Of a stretch of DNA of 64,000 bases, positions 1-16,289 are shown one piece after another. The translations under genes were made by a program, and so were the position numbers. The DNA is from Eledone cirrhosa (taxonomy: Eukaryota). Below the pieces are notes generated by a model. That model saw only the letters and a program-made list of their open reading frames with translations. It did not search any database and was not told the origin of the DNA. Every line of letters starts with the position of its first letter. Positions within the stretch are counted from its first letter, which is position 1. The stretch is taken from contig OZ024740.1 of NCBI GenBank assembly GCA_964016885.1, forward strand, positions 210,676,001 through 210,740,000, in the 5' to 3' direction.

Positions 1-145
1 AGATCAAAGTAAGTGAATTTGTCACTACTCTAAAAAACAATAGCTTACGGTCTTAAAAATGCTTTTAATTAAGCATAAAGTGTATTACAAAATACATTAT
101 ATATACATCCATATATATATTGCTATTTCAGAGCTCCAATTCTAA

Positions 146-188
<43 letters not shown>

Positions 189-225
189 TATAAGTATTAA
201 TAAAATAGATGTTCTTTTGATCAAT

Positions 226-284
226 TACATTTTATTATACATATTTCGGATGTACAACAATACGTCCTCATCAGACAAAATATA
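226..284 (-). ncRNA. Type I minimal hammerhead ribozyme (PLE terminal repeat, family A)
   Basis: Minus strand: tatattttgt CTGATGA ggacgta-ttgttg-tacatcc GAAA tatgta TA ataaaatgta; stems I and II pair. Confidence 0.8.
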
Positions 285-1823
285 ATGATACATGACATAC
301 CCTGAGATGTTAAATGTTTAAGATTTAATCAAGAAAATCTTATTTATGAGAAAATGCGAAAACGTAATAAATTCATTAGAGAATGCGTGAGTAATAAAAA
401 AAAACGTTGCATACTGTAACTGTTCTAAAAATGTTAAAGTGTATGATACTACGATATACCTAGGAAAACGTCTCATGAATCGTAACAGCCAGTGATAGCC
501 ACTGGGAAAGGATTTATAAAGAGGGAAAAATAAAGTGTGTGTGTGTGGGGGGGGGGGGGTCGAAAGTTAAACGGTTAGATTTGAAAATATTTAATTTATA
601 ATATTAGGGTGAACACTCCAGATTTCAGGATTATTTGCTGGTTATTTATATATTATTTTTATAAATTCGATAACTGTGTTATCATTTCTAAACTTCTGAA
701 TTTTGAGAGTAACATTTAAAGGATTTAGCTGGCACATAAAGAATGAAATATTATACTGTTGATTATTTACCTAAATTTAAACTTTAACAAAGATACCAAC
801 ATATTAGGTATGTAAAGCTTTTGAAGTACTTATTGTTATAAATATTTAAACTATTATGTATATAGGTATATATTAATGAGCCATTATGTTTAAGGTAAAT
901 AATAACGACGAAGATAAAAATAAAATAAGATAATATATTGAAGGATATTAAGGATAAATATATACATATGTATAACTGGGTGTAAATGCACTAATTCTTC
1001 AACCAAGATATCAACATATTATTAGATATAGGGATGTATATATATAGATATATATTAGGTATTATTAGTGTAGGTAAATGATAACAGTTATAATCTTATC
1101 AACGTGTCACATTTAAATACATATATATATACATATAAAAAAACAACAATGAGTGCATGGATAATACAGAGTTCAAAATAATGTCTATAATAATTTTTAG
1201 TTTGGATATTTTCTCTATATTTGAATCATATATATAGAAATGTGGTAGGTATATTTAAAAATATTAAAAAATATATAAAATATAATATATAACTACATAC
1301 ATATTATAATACATTATATTATAAATAAATAAGAGATCGAAAGTACAGCGAAAAATTCACATTTATATATAAGTTTGAATCCGTCTCAAAAGTTAGATTT
1401 TATAGTGCAGTAAATATATTTAAAAGAAATATATGCTATATTATACTATAAATAATAGATCGAAAACTCATTAAAAATTTAGAGTTATAGATAAGTTTCA
1501 TAAAAATTTATGGATTGGGTATTAAACTAAAATTTAAAAGAGATCACAAATGTATTAAAAATTCAGTTAAATAAATTCCATAAATATGTAAGGATTAGGT
1601 ATTATCTAAATTATAATCATAGATAAAAATAAGGAGATAAAGAAATGATGGTATTGATCAAAGTTAACAAATAATGTTGTGTGTATCAATGTTTAGGCAT
1701 GTTAATTGAAATATTGTCATTCATTCTAGCGTTGTTTCTTCTATAGATAAATATAAAATAAAGCAATATTAAAGGCCATTAATGTTTTTTACTGTTGATT
1801 ATATATTCCTGGTAAGCGAGTTG

Positions 1824-3030
1824 TTATTGGTTTTGTGTAATTGTTTCTTTCTTTCTCGTTTTATGTGAGGCTAAAAAAGTAGACGTAGCTTTATGGAGGC
1901 AACTAGAGAATAATTCACTTTTTCTGTTAATTAGGGCCTCATAATTATTAATAATCAACAGGGTCTCCATTGTACAGAGCGGGCAGTTATTTGATATACT
2001 AGAGTTGCGGTAAATTCCACAGTTCCGAAGTTTTGTCCAAAGAATGGAGTATTCTAAATTCTTCTCTTTTAAAGACCATATGAGCTGTGATAAAGACGTG
2101 GATGATTTCCTCTTAGAGTTCGAGAATGAGCATTTATGGTTCGCAAAACGAGCCTTGAATGTGGACGAGGTTGATCCAATGTAATTGTATGTTTTGTGAT
2201 CAGATTTTACGGTGCATTTATAATCCAAATTACTATCTAAACAATTATTTTACAAAGGGCAATTAGTTTTATTTCTACAATTACATTTTGGTTTAGTATC
2301 ATTAATGTTAACTCTATTATTATGATCATTATGTTGGTTTGGTTTTAGGATTTTGGCGTTTAATTTGGCGATGTTTTGGGCCATGTTACTGGTTGTAGAA
2401 TTTGCGAATTTAATGGTATGTCAATTAAAAATGGAATGGTATTTATGTTGAGTAGGGAAAGAGGTGTCAAGAGCTTTAAAGAATAGTTTTGCAATTGGTG
2501 TTTTAACTGCGACCGAAGCAGGGGGGGGGGTGCAAACCATATGACTGGTTTAGATCTAGTTCGTATTCTCGATTTATTTAGCGTATGTGTGTTTGAGTTA
2601 TAATTATTAGAGTTACTCTTATATATGTTATTATTATTTTTATTATTATTATTAGGAATAATACTTAGATTGTTATTATCTACATATTCTATATTATTCA
2701 TATATTCTGCTCTTTTTAACGCGTTGCTGTAGTATTCAGCATTTTTATCAAATATATCTTTATTAGCTGATATTTTATTAATACGTTTTTGCACACTACT
2801 TACTATAGCTTTTTTTTACAGATTTAGGGTGATTTGAATAGTTACTAACATAGTTTAAGTTTTCATTAGGCTTATGAAATGGGTAATAGAAGCCAGTGTT
2901 TAAGTTAAAGGTAACGTCAAGGAAATTAACTATTTTGGTACCATTTTCTACTTCTAATTTAAGGTTGTACGTTTTAAAGAATTCTATTATACTTTTCTTA
3001 ACTCTATTTAATTCTATATTGTTGTGTTTG
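1824..3030 (-). pseudogene. PLE RT thumb and GIY-YIG endonuclease remnant (frameshifted)
   Basis: VNFLDVTFNLNTGFYYPFHKPN...SNHP (about 2825-2935) and YNYIGSTSSTFKARFANHK...CPLCTME...NRKSE (1824-2228). Confidence 0.85.
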
Positions 3031-3271
3031 ACCAGATTGTGTTTGACTATATTGTTGTGTTTTTCCTAGATATATCGTAGTATCATACACTTTAACATTT
3101 TTAGAACAGTTACAGTAAGCAACGTTCTATATTATTCACACATTCTCTAATGAATTTATTACGTTTTCGCATTTTCTCATAAATAGGATATAAGTAAGAT
3201 TTTCTATCGGGTTAATCACTACCTTGATTAAATCTTAACCATTTAACATCTCAGGGTATGTCATGTATCAT

Positions 3272-3330
3272 TATATTTTGTCTGATGAGGACGTACTGTT
3301 GTACATCCGAAATATGTATAATAAAATGTA
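3272..3330 (+). ncRNA. Type I minimal hammerhead ribozyme (family A, inverted copy)
   Basis: CTGATGA 3282-3288, stem II ggacgtac/gtacatcc, GAAA 3309-3312, predicted cleavage after UA at 3320, stem I tatattttgt/ataaaatgta. Confidence 0.8.
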
Positions 3331-3809
3331 ATTGATCAAAAGAACATCTATTTTATTAATACTTATATTTTAATATTAATAACTCCAGAAAATTATTTTA
3401 GCGTTGAGTGCTTCCCATCTACTGTAAAACTCATTCTTTGACATAATCATTGAATATTGTTTAACAATTTAATATATATATATATATATATATACTAACA
3501 CTCTGTGATTGTGTGATTGTGTGCTTGTCTGTAATGTAATACAGCTAAATCGGCGCATAATGGGAAAATACTTTGATACTGCCCCTGAAATGGGAATACA
3601 AATGGAATAATACGAGTTTCACGTAAATCAAGACGCGACTACCCGAGATATGGGATTTTTCTGTGAACCTTCATAAATAGAGTGAGAGAAATATAGAGAC
3701 AAAGAGAGCTCGAATGTGGTGACTGAATATTAAGTCATATGTATTATATAGCTTGTGTTAGGACAGGATGTGTTTAGCGAATATTTCCTGCTAAATAGGA
3801 AGGGTTTCT

Positions 3810-4051
3810 AAGTGTGTGTGTGTGTATATATATATGTATATATATGTATATATATGTATATATATGTATATATATGTATATATATATGTATATATATGTA
3901 TATATATATGTATATATATATGTGTGTGTGTGTGTATGTATGTGTGTATGTATGTGTGTATGTGTGTATGTATGTGTGTGTATGTGTGCGTGTCTGTGAC
4001 CAGTGTATATAGGTCATAGACACCCACACACCCACTCACACACACAGACAT

Positions 4052-4100
<49 letters not shown>

Positions 4101-4800
4101 AACACACACATAAATGGAGTCACTCCGTCGGTTACGACGACGAGTATTCCAGTTGACGCTATCAACGGAACAACCAGCTCGTGAAATTAACGTGCAAGTG
4201 GCTGAGCATTCCACAGACACACGTACCTATTACGTAGTTCTCAGGGAGATTCAGTGTAACAGTGTGTGACAAGGCTGGTCATTCTAATTACAAGTACAAC
4301 TCATTTTTGTCAGCTGAGTGGACTGGAGCAACGTGAAATAAAGTGTCTTGCTCAAGGACACAATGGGCCCCGGGTAATCAAACTCACGGCCTGTGAGCCT
4401 AATACACTAAACACGCGCTTTCACACACATAAATACACATATAAATACACATATAAACATACACATATAAACACACACATGTATACAAATACAAACACGC
4501 ATAAACACACGCTCACACGTTTACAAGCACACCGACACACATACATACACACATATAAATACACAGACACACACAAACATATATATAAACACACGCACAC
4601 ATATATAAATAAACGCACATATATATGTGTGTAAACACACACATACACACACATATATATACACACACACACAAACAATATATATATATATATAAACACA
4701 CATACATATAGACAAACACACCCACACATATATAAACACACACACATGCATACATATAAACACACACTCATATACACAGCCACTTTACTGTGAAACCCAA
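3810..4800. repeat. (TA)n/(CA)n/(TATG)n compound microsatellites flanking a SINE
   Basis: Direct reading. Confidence 0.95.
4110..4418 (-). mobile_element. tRNA-derived SINE
   Basis: Minus strand contains the SINE central-domain motif gtgtccttgagcaagacacttta after a decayed tRNA-like head; ends in (TG)n. Confidence 0.6.
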
Positions 4801-5019
4801 TATTAAATCGTTTTACTTCCCTCCTACATTTATTTTGTCACTCTCACTCAAAATATTACTCCTCTCTCACTAAAACATTATACCTTTCTCACCCTCTCTA
4901 TATACCACTAGATGCCTCACTCTCACTCGCTAGACCAACATTCTCCCTCTCTCACTAAACCACCAAACACTCTCTCCCCCTCTATATCCGACTACATATT
5001 TCATTCACACAACACCCAA

Positions 5020-5910
5020 CATAGTGATGATGATGATGGTAGTGGTCGTGGTTGTAGTGATGGTGGTGGTTGCAGTGATGGTGGTGGTGGTGGTTGCAGT
5101 GATGGTAGTGGAGGTGGTGTTGATGGTGGTAGTGATGGTAGTGGTGGTGTTTGTAGTGATGGTGGTGGTGGTGGTTGCAGTGATGGTGGTGGTGGTGGTT
5201 GCAGTGATGGTGATATTGTTGGTGGTGGTAGTGATAGCAGCGGTGGTGGTTGTAGTGATGGTGGTGGTGGTTGCAGTGATGGTGATAGTGTTGGTGGTGG
5301 TAGTGATAGTAGTGGTGGTGGTTGTAGTGATGGTGGGGGTGGTGGTTGTAGTGATGGTGGTGGTGGTTGCAGTGATGGTGATAGTGTTGGTGTTGGTGGT
5401 GGTAGTGATAGTAGTGGTGGTGGTTGTAGTGATGGTGGGGGTGGTGGTTGTAGTGATGGTGGTGGTGGTGGTGGTTGCAGCGATGGTGATAGTGTTGGTG
5501 TTGGTGGTGGTAGTGATAGTGATGGTGGTGGTAGTGGTGGTAGTGGTGGTAGTGGTGGTGGTTGTAGTGATGGTCGTGGTGGTGGTAGTAGTGATAGTGG
5601 TGGTGGTGGTGGTGGTAGTGATAGTGATGGTGGTGGTAGTGGGGGTAGTGGTGGTGGTTGTAGTGATGGTTGTGGTAGTAGGAGTGGTGGTAGTGGTGGT
5701 AGTGGTTGTGACGGTAGTGGTGGTAGTAGCAGTAGTGGTGGTAGTGGTGCTAGTAGTAGTAGTGGTTGTGATGTATGTTGTAAGTAGTGCTGGTAGTGGT
5801 GGTAGTGATGGTGGTGGTAGTGGTTGTGATGGTAGAGGTGGTATTGGTGGTGGTAGTGGTGGTGGTGGTGGTGGTAGTGGTGGTAGTAGTAGTGGTTGTG
5901 ATGTATGTTG
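5020..5910. repeat. Degenerate (GGT/AGT/GAT)n trinucleotide array
   Basis: Direct reading; yields spurious Gly/Ser and Val ORFs. Confidence 0.95.
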
Positions 5911-6048
5911 ATAATAGCGACGACAAGGCTATCGAGAGGGTGGTGGGGGGATCAGTATTGTTTTAATAGAACAGATTACAATTATACTCCACCCTGGTAT
6001 AGTGGCTAGGGCAGAATATATAATATACACACTATTATTGTTGACATT

Positions 6049-6049
<1 letters not shown>

Positions 6050-6097
<48 letters not shown>

Positions 6098-6137
6098 CAC
6101 ATATATATATATATACACACACATATATATATACATT

Positions 6138-6210
<73 letters not shown>

Positions 6211-6240
6211 CACATATATATATATATATATATACATTTG

Positions 6241-6274
<34 letters not shown>

Positions 6275-6379
6275 TATACATATATATATACACATATACA
6301 CATATATGCATATATATATATATATATATATACATATATACATATATATACACATATAAATATATATATATATTTTTGT

Positions 6380-6420
<41 letters not shown>

Positions 6421-6459
6421 TACATATATACATATATATATATATACATATATACATAT

Positions 6460-6494
<35 letters not shown>

Positions 6495-6691
6495 CATATA
6501 CATACACATACATACATATATATATACATACATATTCACACTTACATGCATACATACATATATACACACACATGCATTTATGTATATATATACATATATA
6601 CATACATATATATATATACATATACACACATGCATACATACATAAATATAGGTATGTGTATAAAGTGTATATGCATGTATATGTATCTATT

Positions 6692-6739
<48 letters not shown>

Positions 6740-8008
6740 CATATATATTTAATACATCACATATTGACATTAATTCTGGCTGACCACTTAAAAACTGTGT
6801 GCGTATGTGTGTATGTGTGTATGTGTATGTATGTGTGTATGTGTGTATGTGTATGTATGTGTGTATGTGTGTGTACGTATGTATGTGTATATGTGTATGT
6901 GTGTATGTAGGTGTATGTGTATGTATGTGTGTGTTTGTGGTGTGTGCATGTGTATGTATGTGTATGTGTATGTGTATGTATGTGCGTGTATGTACGTGTG
7001 TGTATATGTGTGTGCGTGCGTGTGTGCGTGTATGTGTGTGTGCATATGTGTGCATGTGTATGTGTATATGTATGTGTATGTGCGTGCATGTGTGTGTATC
7101 TGTATGTATGTGTGTGTATGTGTCTGTGTGCGTGCATGTGTGTGTGTGTGTGTGCGTGTGTGTGTGTGTGTGTGTATGTGTCTGTGTGCGTGCATGTGTG
7201 TGTATCTGTATGTATGTGTCTGTGTTGATGCATGTGTGTGTGTGTGTCTGTGTGCGTGCATGTGTTTATGTGTGTATGTGTGTGTGTATGTGTCTGTGTG
7301 CGTGCATGTGTGTGTGTATATGTGTGTATGTATGTGTCTGTGTGCGTGCATGTGTGTGTATCTGTGTGTATGTGTCTGTGTGCGTGCATGTGTGTGTGTG
7401 TATGTGTGTGTGTATGTGTCTGTGTGCGTGCATGTGTGTGTGTGTATATATGTGTGTGTATGTGTCTGTGTGTGTGCATGTGTGTGTATCTGTATGTATG
7501 TGTCTGTGTGCGTGCATGTGTGTCTGTGTATGTATGTGTATGTGTCTGTGTCGTGCATATGTGTGTGTGTCTGTGTGCGCATGCATGTGTGTGTGTATGT
7601 GTGCGTGCGCGCATGCGTGTGTATCTGTGTGTATGTGTCTGTGTGCGTGCATGTGTGTGTGTGTGTGTGTGTATGTGTCTGTGTGCGTGCATGTGTGTGT
7701 ATCTGTGTGTATGTGTCTGTGTGCGTGCATGTGTGTGTGTGTATGTGTGTGTGTATGTGTCTGTGTGCGTGCATGTGTGTGTGTGTATGTGTGTGTGTAT
7801 GTGTCTGCGTGCGTGCATATGTGTGTTTGTGTCTGTGTGCGCATGCATGTGTGTGTGTATGTGTGCGTGCGCGCATGTATGTGTATCTGTGTGTATGTGT
7901 ATGTGTGCTTGCATGTGTGTGTGTGTGTGCATGTATGTGTGTGTGCATGTATGTGTCTGTGTATGATTCTGTATGTGTGTGTGTGTGTGTGTGTGCATGT
8001 GTGTGTGC

Positions 8009-8064
<56 letters not shown>

Positions 8065-8078
8065 ATGTGTGTGTGCCT

Positions 8079-8126
<48 letters not shown>

Positions 8127-8143
8127 ATGTGTGTGTGCCTCTC

Positions 8144-8194
<51 letters not shown>

Positions 8195-8208
8195 ATGTGT
8201 GTGTGCCT

Positions 8209-8256
<48 letters not shown>

Positions 8257-8317
8257 ATGTGTGTGTGCCTCTCTGTGTGTGTGTGTGTGTGTGTATGTGT
8301 GTGTGTGTGTGTGTGTG

Positions 8318-8368
<51 letters not shown>

Positions 8369-8512
8369 ATGTGTGTTTATGTAAATATGTATTTAAGATG
8401 AGAAGGAAAATAAGAGAAAGAAGCAAGGAAGGAATGTGGGAAAGTCTAGTCAGATGTTTACAAGAAAAATATTGTGTTCTGGTTACCTTATATATTGTAA
8501 TGTTAAAATATC

Positions 8513-8590
<78 letters not shown>
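6050..8590. repeat. (TA)n/(CA)n/(TG)n compound microsatellite with TGCATG / TGTGTCTG cryptic units
   Basis: Direct reading. Confidence 0.95.
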
Positions 8591-8596
<6 letters not shown>

Positions 8597-9850
8597 GGTG
8601 GTGGTGGTGGTGGGGTGGTGGTTAGGTACATAGAGACTATATACATATATATATTATATATTGTAATGTTAAAACATCGGGGTATATATATATTGAGGTG
8701 GTGGTATATATATATAGTGAGGTGGGGGTATATATATATTGAGGTGGTGGTATATATATATATTGAGGTGGTGGTATATATATATATAGTGAGGTGGGGG
8801 TATATATATATTGAGGTGGTGGTATATATATAGTGAGGTGGTGGTATATATATAGTGAGGTGGTGGTATATATATATAGTGAGGTGGGGGTATATATATA
8901 TATATAGTGAGGTGGGGGTATATATATATTGAGGTGGTGGTATATATATATATTGAGGTGGTGGTATATATATATATAGTGAGGTGGTGGTATATATATA
9001 TTGAGGTGGTGGTATATATATAGTGAGGTGGTGGTATATATATATAGTGAGGTGGGGGTATATATATATATATACTGAGGTGGGGGTATATATATATTGA
9101 GGTGGTGGTATATATATATATTGAGGTGGTGGTATATATATATATAGTGAGGTGGTGGTATATATATATTGAGGTGGTGGTATATATATATTGAGGTGGT
9201 GGTATATATATATTGAGGTGGTGGTATATATATATATTGAGGTGGTGGTATATATATATGAAGGTGGTGGTATATATATATTGAGGTGGTGGTATATATA
9301 TATTGAGGTGGTGGTATATATATATATAGTGAGGTGGTGGTATATATATAGTGAGGTGGTGGTATATATATATAGTGAGGTGGGGGTATATATATATATA
9401 TAGTGAGGTGGGGGTATATATATATTGAGGTGGTGGTATATATATATATTGAGGTGGTGGTATATATATATATAGTGAGGTGGTGGTATATATATATTGA
9501 GGTGGTGGTATATATATATTGAGGTGGTGGTATATATATATTGAGGTGGTGGTATATATATATTGAGGTGGTGGTATATATATATATTGAGGTGGTGGTA
9601 TATATATATGAAGGTGGTGGTATATATATATTGAGGTGGTGGTATATATATATAGTGAGGTGGGGTATATATATATTGAGGTGGTGGTATATATATATTG
9701 AGGTGGTGGTATATATATATAGTGAGGTGGGGTATATATATATATTGAGGTGGTGGTATATATATATGAAGGTGGTGGTATATATATAGTGAGGTGGTGG
9801 TATATATATATATATTGAGGCGGTGGTATATATATATAGTGAGCTGGTGG
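8590..9850. repeat. About 21-25 bp minisatellite (TA)n-TGAGGTGG(T/G)GG
   Basis: Dozens of tandem units with variable TA length. Confidence 0.95.
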
Positions 9851-9872
9851 ATAGGTACATAGAGTCATATAA

Positions 9873-9970
<98 letters not shown>

Positions 9971-10000
9971 AGTGTAACTGTAGAAACATGGAGGTATATA

Positions 10001-10545
<545 letters not shown>

Positions 10546-10836
10546 TATATATAGTGAGGTGGGGTGGTGGTGGTGGTGGTGGTGGTGGATAGGTATATAG
10601 AATCATAGAAGACTATATACATATATATATGTATATATGTACACACACAAATACACACATATATAAATCAACATATAGAGAGACGTACATATAGGTATAT
10701 GTGCTCAATCATAGGGGATCAAAAACCACCAGAGTGACAAACATAATACCTACGGAAGGAGTGGTGAATGTATTCCTTGAGCTCATTAAATTATAGGGGA
10801 TTAATGAGTTTTAACTACGTTTTTTAAATGGATATA

Positions 10837-13800
10837 TCTCTCTATATATAAAACGGAAGATGTCTGTGCGTGTGTGATTTTTATGCATTTCCACATTTCT
10901 CTACCGATTTTGATGATTTTTTCCAAATGTGCTCCAAATTTACCAAGGATGGTCAACGCGTAATAAACTTTGCCAAAAATTTCCTGCTTCTATGAAAAAA
11001 AATCGATAAAACTAAATATATGCTGTAACTCTCTCTCTCTTACACGCTTATTCACTGTCTACTACCATCAACAATCTATGAAACTACATACATGTTGCAA
11101 CTCTCTTTAAAAGGTTCATTCCTCCTCCCTCTATTCCACTCTCAATCTCCTCTGCAACTCTCTTTAAAAGGTTCATTCCTTCCTCTACTCCCCCCCTCTG
11201 CAACTCTCTTTAAAAGGTTACTGCCTCCGTCTACTACCCTATCACCATTACAGTTTACAACAGCGACAAAACCTCTTTTCAAGGAACGCGACACAAACTT
11301 TGAAAACTAAGCAACACATCAATTTATACAACACACATAGCTTTACTCTCTCCGTCGCTCTTACCTCTCTCTAAAATAGATTATTCCCCCTCTCTATAAT
11401 TTAACTGCTTTACTCTCTTCATGCTTCGAGGTTTAACAAACCTCCTTATGGTTTCTTAACTTTACTCTCTCCGTCGCTCTTCCCTCTCTCTATAATAGAT
11501 CATTCCCCCTCTTCGTTCAGGAATGCGAATCTCTCAACGTTACATTTTACACACATTTTACATCAAATAACAAATATTCAAAAGCAACAGATGAATTTAT
11601 AAAACAACAAACGTAATTATTACTACGCTTAAGTATTCATTTACTTGAGTCTCAACAAAGACATTATATTTTATTGTTGTCCTTTTTGTAATTTTTTTCT
11701 TTGTTTTTCGCAATATGAAACAAAAAAATAATGAGAAAACTTTTTCAGGAACCTCCGATTTCGATGATTTATTTTTCAGTGTGCTTCAAAATATCGCCCC
11801 TTTTTACGCTCTTTTGTACTATAACTCAGACAGGCTTGGCTTACAGGTTTAACCTATTATTTAAACAGTTGGCGGTGCACCTTGAAAAAGGTCAAAGAGT
11901 CTACTTCACCGCCTCCACCGCTGCTGAGATAGCAGAGGAACCCAAAGATACCACAGTTACGGCATTTTTTAAGTTATGCCGAAACGATCCCTTCGCAAAG
12001 ACCCTCTTCTACTCTCAGGTGCCATCATACTACACATGGAACACAGACAACAGAATTTGGTTAAGAAGGGTGAAAGGACAACCTGTCGAGGGACATCCAG
12101 ACATTAAAATGTCCCCTACCCGTGGGAGAGTGTACACCATTCATCCTAACCAACAGGAATGCTTTTATCTCCGCCTTCTACTGCATGAGGTGGTAGGACA
12201 GACATCTTTAGACGATCTGAAAATAATCAACGGAGAGGTTTGTACTTCATTCCGCGCAGCCTGCCTTAGACGGGGTCTACTGGAAGATAGCGCTTAGTGG
12301 GATGCGACATTGGCGGAGGCAGCTACAATACGCTCAGCGCGAACTCTTCGACAACTCTTTGCGGTGCTACTGCAGACATGCGAGTTAAGCGACCCTGTAT
12401 CCTTATGGAAGAAATACAAAGAGGACCTTTCCGATGACTATATAAACCAAGGACAACTGCTACTCCCTCATTCCGACGTACGACTCAGCGATGAATTCTT
12501 CAACAAAGCCCTCATTGACATCGAGGACAAAATCCTAACTGCCGGCGGAAATGACCTTCCATTCTATGGACTGCCAAAAATTCAGCAAACGGGCTCAGAC
12601 AAACTTCCGACGGGCATAATTCAGGAAACTGCCTACGACGTCGACGCCCTCGAACCGTTCATCAACGAAAACGAGCCGAAATTGTTGCAGGACCAACGGC
12701 GGGTCGCCAAAGTGCGACAGCAAAAGGGATCGACTTGGCTGTGGCTTCTTCTGGGATTGCCGCAACTCTGCTGCCCGGAGGTAGGACAGCTCATTCCACA
12801 TTTAAACTACCATTCAACACGACTTCAGACGACACAATAACCTGCAACATCAGCAAGGACTCTGACAAAGCGGAAGTCTTGAAAAGATGCCACCTAATTG
12901 TGTGGGACGAATGCACAATGGCCCATAAAGGGTCACTTGAGGCGTTAGACAGGACCCTACGAGACATCAGGGAATGCAACCGGTTGATGGGAGGAGTACC
13001 TCTACTGCTGTCTGGCGATTTTCGACAAACTCTTCCAGTTGTTCCAAAAGCCACCACGGCCGACACTGTGGGGGCTTGCATTAAGTCATCTCCTCTGTCG
13101 CAGGAAGTGACGATTCTGACCCTCACAACTGCTCGGCGACCACTCATCAGCCGACTTCTCAAAGGACCTCTTAACAGTTGGTGACGGCACTGCACCTTCA
13201 GATGCAGCTGGAGAAATGGCAGTCTCGCAAGTAGGCACCGTTGTCGACACTGTTGAAGACCTCACAGCCTCTGTCTTTCCCGATATGGCCATCAACTACA
13301 AAAACACGAGTTGGCTATGCGATAGAGCCATATTGGCTCCCAAAAATGTCTCCGTTGCAAAAATCAATGAGGACCTTCTGCAACGCATTGCTGGAAACCT
13401 CCATACCTACAATTCTGTGGACAAAGTGGTGGACAAAGATGAGGTTGACGATTTTCCCACAGAATTCCTCAATTCCTTGGACCTCTCTGGACTGCCACCT
13501 CATGAACTGCGCCTCAAAGTTGGGACTCCAGTCATGTTGTTGAGGAACCTGGAACCACCACGTCTCTGCAACGGAACACGGTTAGTGGTAAGAAACCTCC
13601 TGCCGCATGTAATTGAAGCCACAATTCTCACGGGCTGCGGCGCTGGAGAAAACGTCTTCATACCCAGAATACCATTAACTCCATCAGGTACGGAATGCCC
13701 CTGTACTCTGCGCCGACTTCAATTCCCCGTTAAACTTTGCTTCGCGATGTCAATCAACAAGTCCCAAGGCCAAACGCTATCAACGACAGGCCTCCATTTA

Positions 13801-14106
13801 GCCCAGCCGTGCTTCTCACACGGCCAATTATACGTCGCATGTTCAAGTGTGGGATACAAGCAGAAATTATTCATACTTGCGCCCAAAGGCAGAACAAAAA
13901 ATGTGGTCTACATAGAGGTGTTGTGACTCCTCTATTCAGCACCACTGCAGTCTTGCCGGTCTGACATATGGTGAGTAGATACTATTGTTGTATATTTTCA
14001 AACTTACTCGTATTTACTTTCAATGCCTCAATAATCATAATTGAGTGGAATCATTAAAAGTACTTTAAAGCAATTAAACTCCGAGCAATGCCGGGCACTT
14101 CTGCTA

Positions 14107-14107
<1 letters not shown>
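10837..14107 (+). mobile_element. Helitron, internally deleted
   Basis: A|TC..TATATAAAA 5' end; subterminal ccgagcaatgccggg hairpin and CTAG|T 3' end; Pif1-like helicase remnants inside. Confidence 0.9.
11865..13926 (+). pseudogene. Helitron RepHel C-terminal portion (Pif1-family SF1B helicase), stop and frameshift disrupted
   Basis: LAVHLEKGQRVYF; YLRLLLH; AVASSGIAATLLPGGRTAHSTFKLP; IVWDECTM; LSGDFRQTLPV; NGTRL; FAMSINKSQGQT; FSHGQLYVACS. Stop at 12295-12297 and the Walker A region is deleted. Confidence 0.92.
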
Positions 14108-14174
<67 letters not shown>

Positions 14175-14303
14175 ATAATAATAAATGTGAAGACTAAAAT
14201 CCGAAGAGGACTCGATAAGGATAATATATATATAAAGAAGATCCCGTTAAGGGTGAAAGCAGCGATTCTTTGCTTAAACTTTAACCTGTTATTTTAATAT
14301 ATA

Positions 14304-15071
<768 letters not shown>

Positions 15072-15149
15072 GAGAGAGAGAGAGAGAGAGAATAGTGTAG
15101 TTACTACGAAGCATTGTGAGATATGCAATAAAAGATTGATAATTTTCAA

Positions 15150-15765
15150 AACGCTGGTACAACGTTGTAGAAATATATGAAAGACAATGATGACAAATAA
15201 AACAAAATAAAGTGCCTTATAAGTTAACATATTTCAGGTCTAACACTTTCTTTTCAAATGCGAAGCTGAAACAGTTGAAAACAAAACAAAACGAGTAATC
15301 GAAGTATTCTTCCTTAACTGGCCTATGTGTCTGTAAAACATATGCGTGAGATTGCTGCAGTAGCCATACTGCCTCATACATTTCTGATCTATTATTTATC
15401 CTTGGTTTTATCCGGCTGATACTAATGGCCACTTTAATCCTTAAATTTCCTATATTCCTTTTTGCCGTTTCTTTAGTGACCTCAATGTCTTGGCTGTGAC
15501 AACAATCTATTTGTTTTTTAACGGAAAAAGCTCTCATTGTCTCGTGTTCCTTGATTCGTATGTGTAACCTCCTTATAGTACGTCCGATATGTGAGGAGTT
15601 ACATTTTTTACACATGATCTTATAGCACACTTCTGCGTTGTTGATGGGACAATTAGGAAGTGTGCATATATTACTGTATGTAGTTTGGTGCCTGTGGAGC
15701 AGTCTCCTCAATGAGGGTCCCGTGTGTGCCAGCTGTATATTCAGTCCTTCCTTACGGATAGCTTA
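15150..15765 (-). pseudogene. PLE GIY-YIG endonuclease remnant
   Basis: CTLPNCP...VCYKIMCKKCNSSHIGRTIRRLHIRIKEH...PRINNRSE. Confidence 0.75.
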
Positions 15766-16289
15766 ATGAGGGGGATTACATAAGCCACTTGACCTCACAA
15801 AGATTAGTTGGAAATCGTCAAAAGGAGGAAACTGAAATTATTTAATCAGGTATCCTAAATCCTCGGCCTTGTACAAACCATCCTACAAAGTACTTTGGCG
15901 GGGTGGGATCTGATGGAAACGAAGAAAATAGAAAAATGTTTGGAATATAAGATATAACAACATGAAAGGGCAATAGAAAACAAAGATGGCGATGAGAGGA
16001 TGAGAAATCGACAGTGGTGGCCCATCGATATTCTAGAGTTACGAGATATAACAGGAAGTTTTAGAATGTTCTTGCAGTCGTTGACTTTCAGATGTCCAGG
16101 TGGGACATCAACTGAATCAATCTGATTGGAACAGAAATGTTTGTGAAAGACGGGGACAAATACTCTTCCTCCTGCTTAAAAAAAACAAAAACATTTTGAC
16201 AAATACATCTTTGTAACACTGTTTCCTTTCAACTGTGTACATGCGTTTTAAACAATAATGTGTGTACAAAAGGTTAGTTGCCTAAAGTA

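Larger units (their letters stand above)
181..3470 (-). mobile_element. Penelope-like retroelement, 5'-truncated, with inverted terminal repeat pair (181-468 / 3061-3376)
   Basis: Decayed RT C-terminus plus GIY-YIG on minus strand; 181-468 is the reverse complement of 3061-3376; (TA)n on both flanks; each arm has a hammerhead motif. Confidence 0.85.

Noticed and set aside
15215-15265. Hammerhead in the 15 kb PLE 3' end
   Set aside because: GAAA..UH half is present but no recognisable CUGANGA or stem II.
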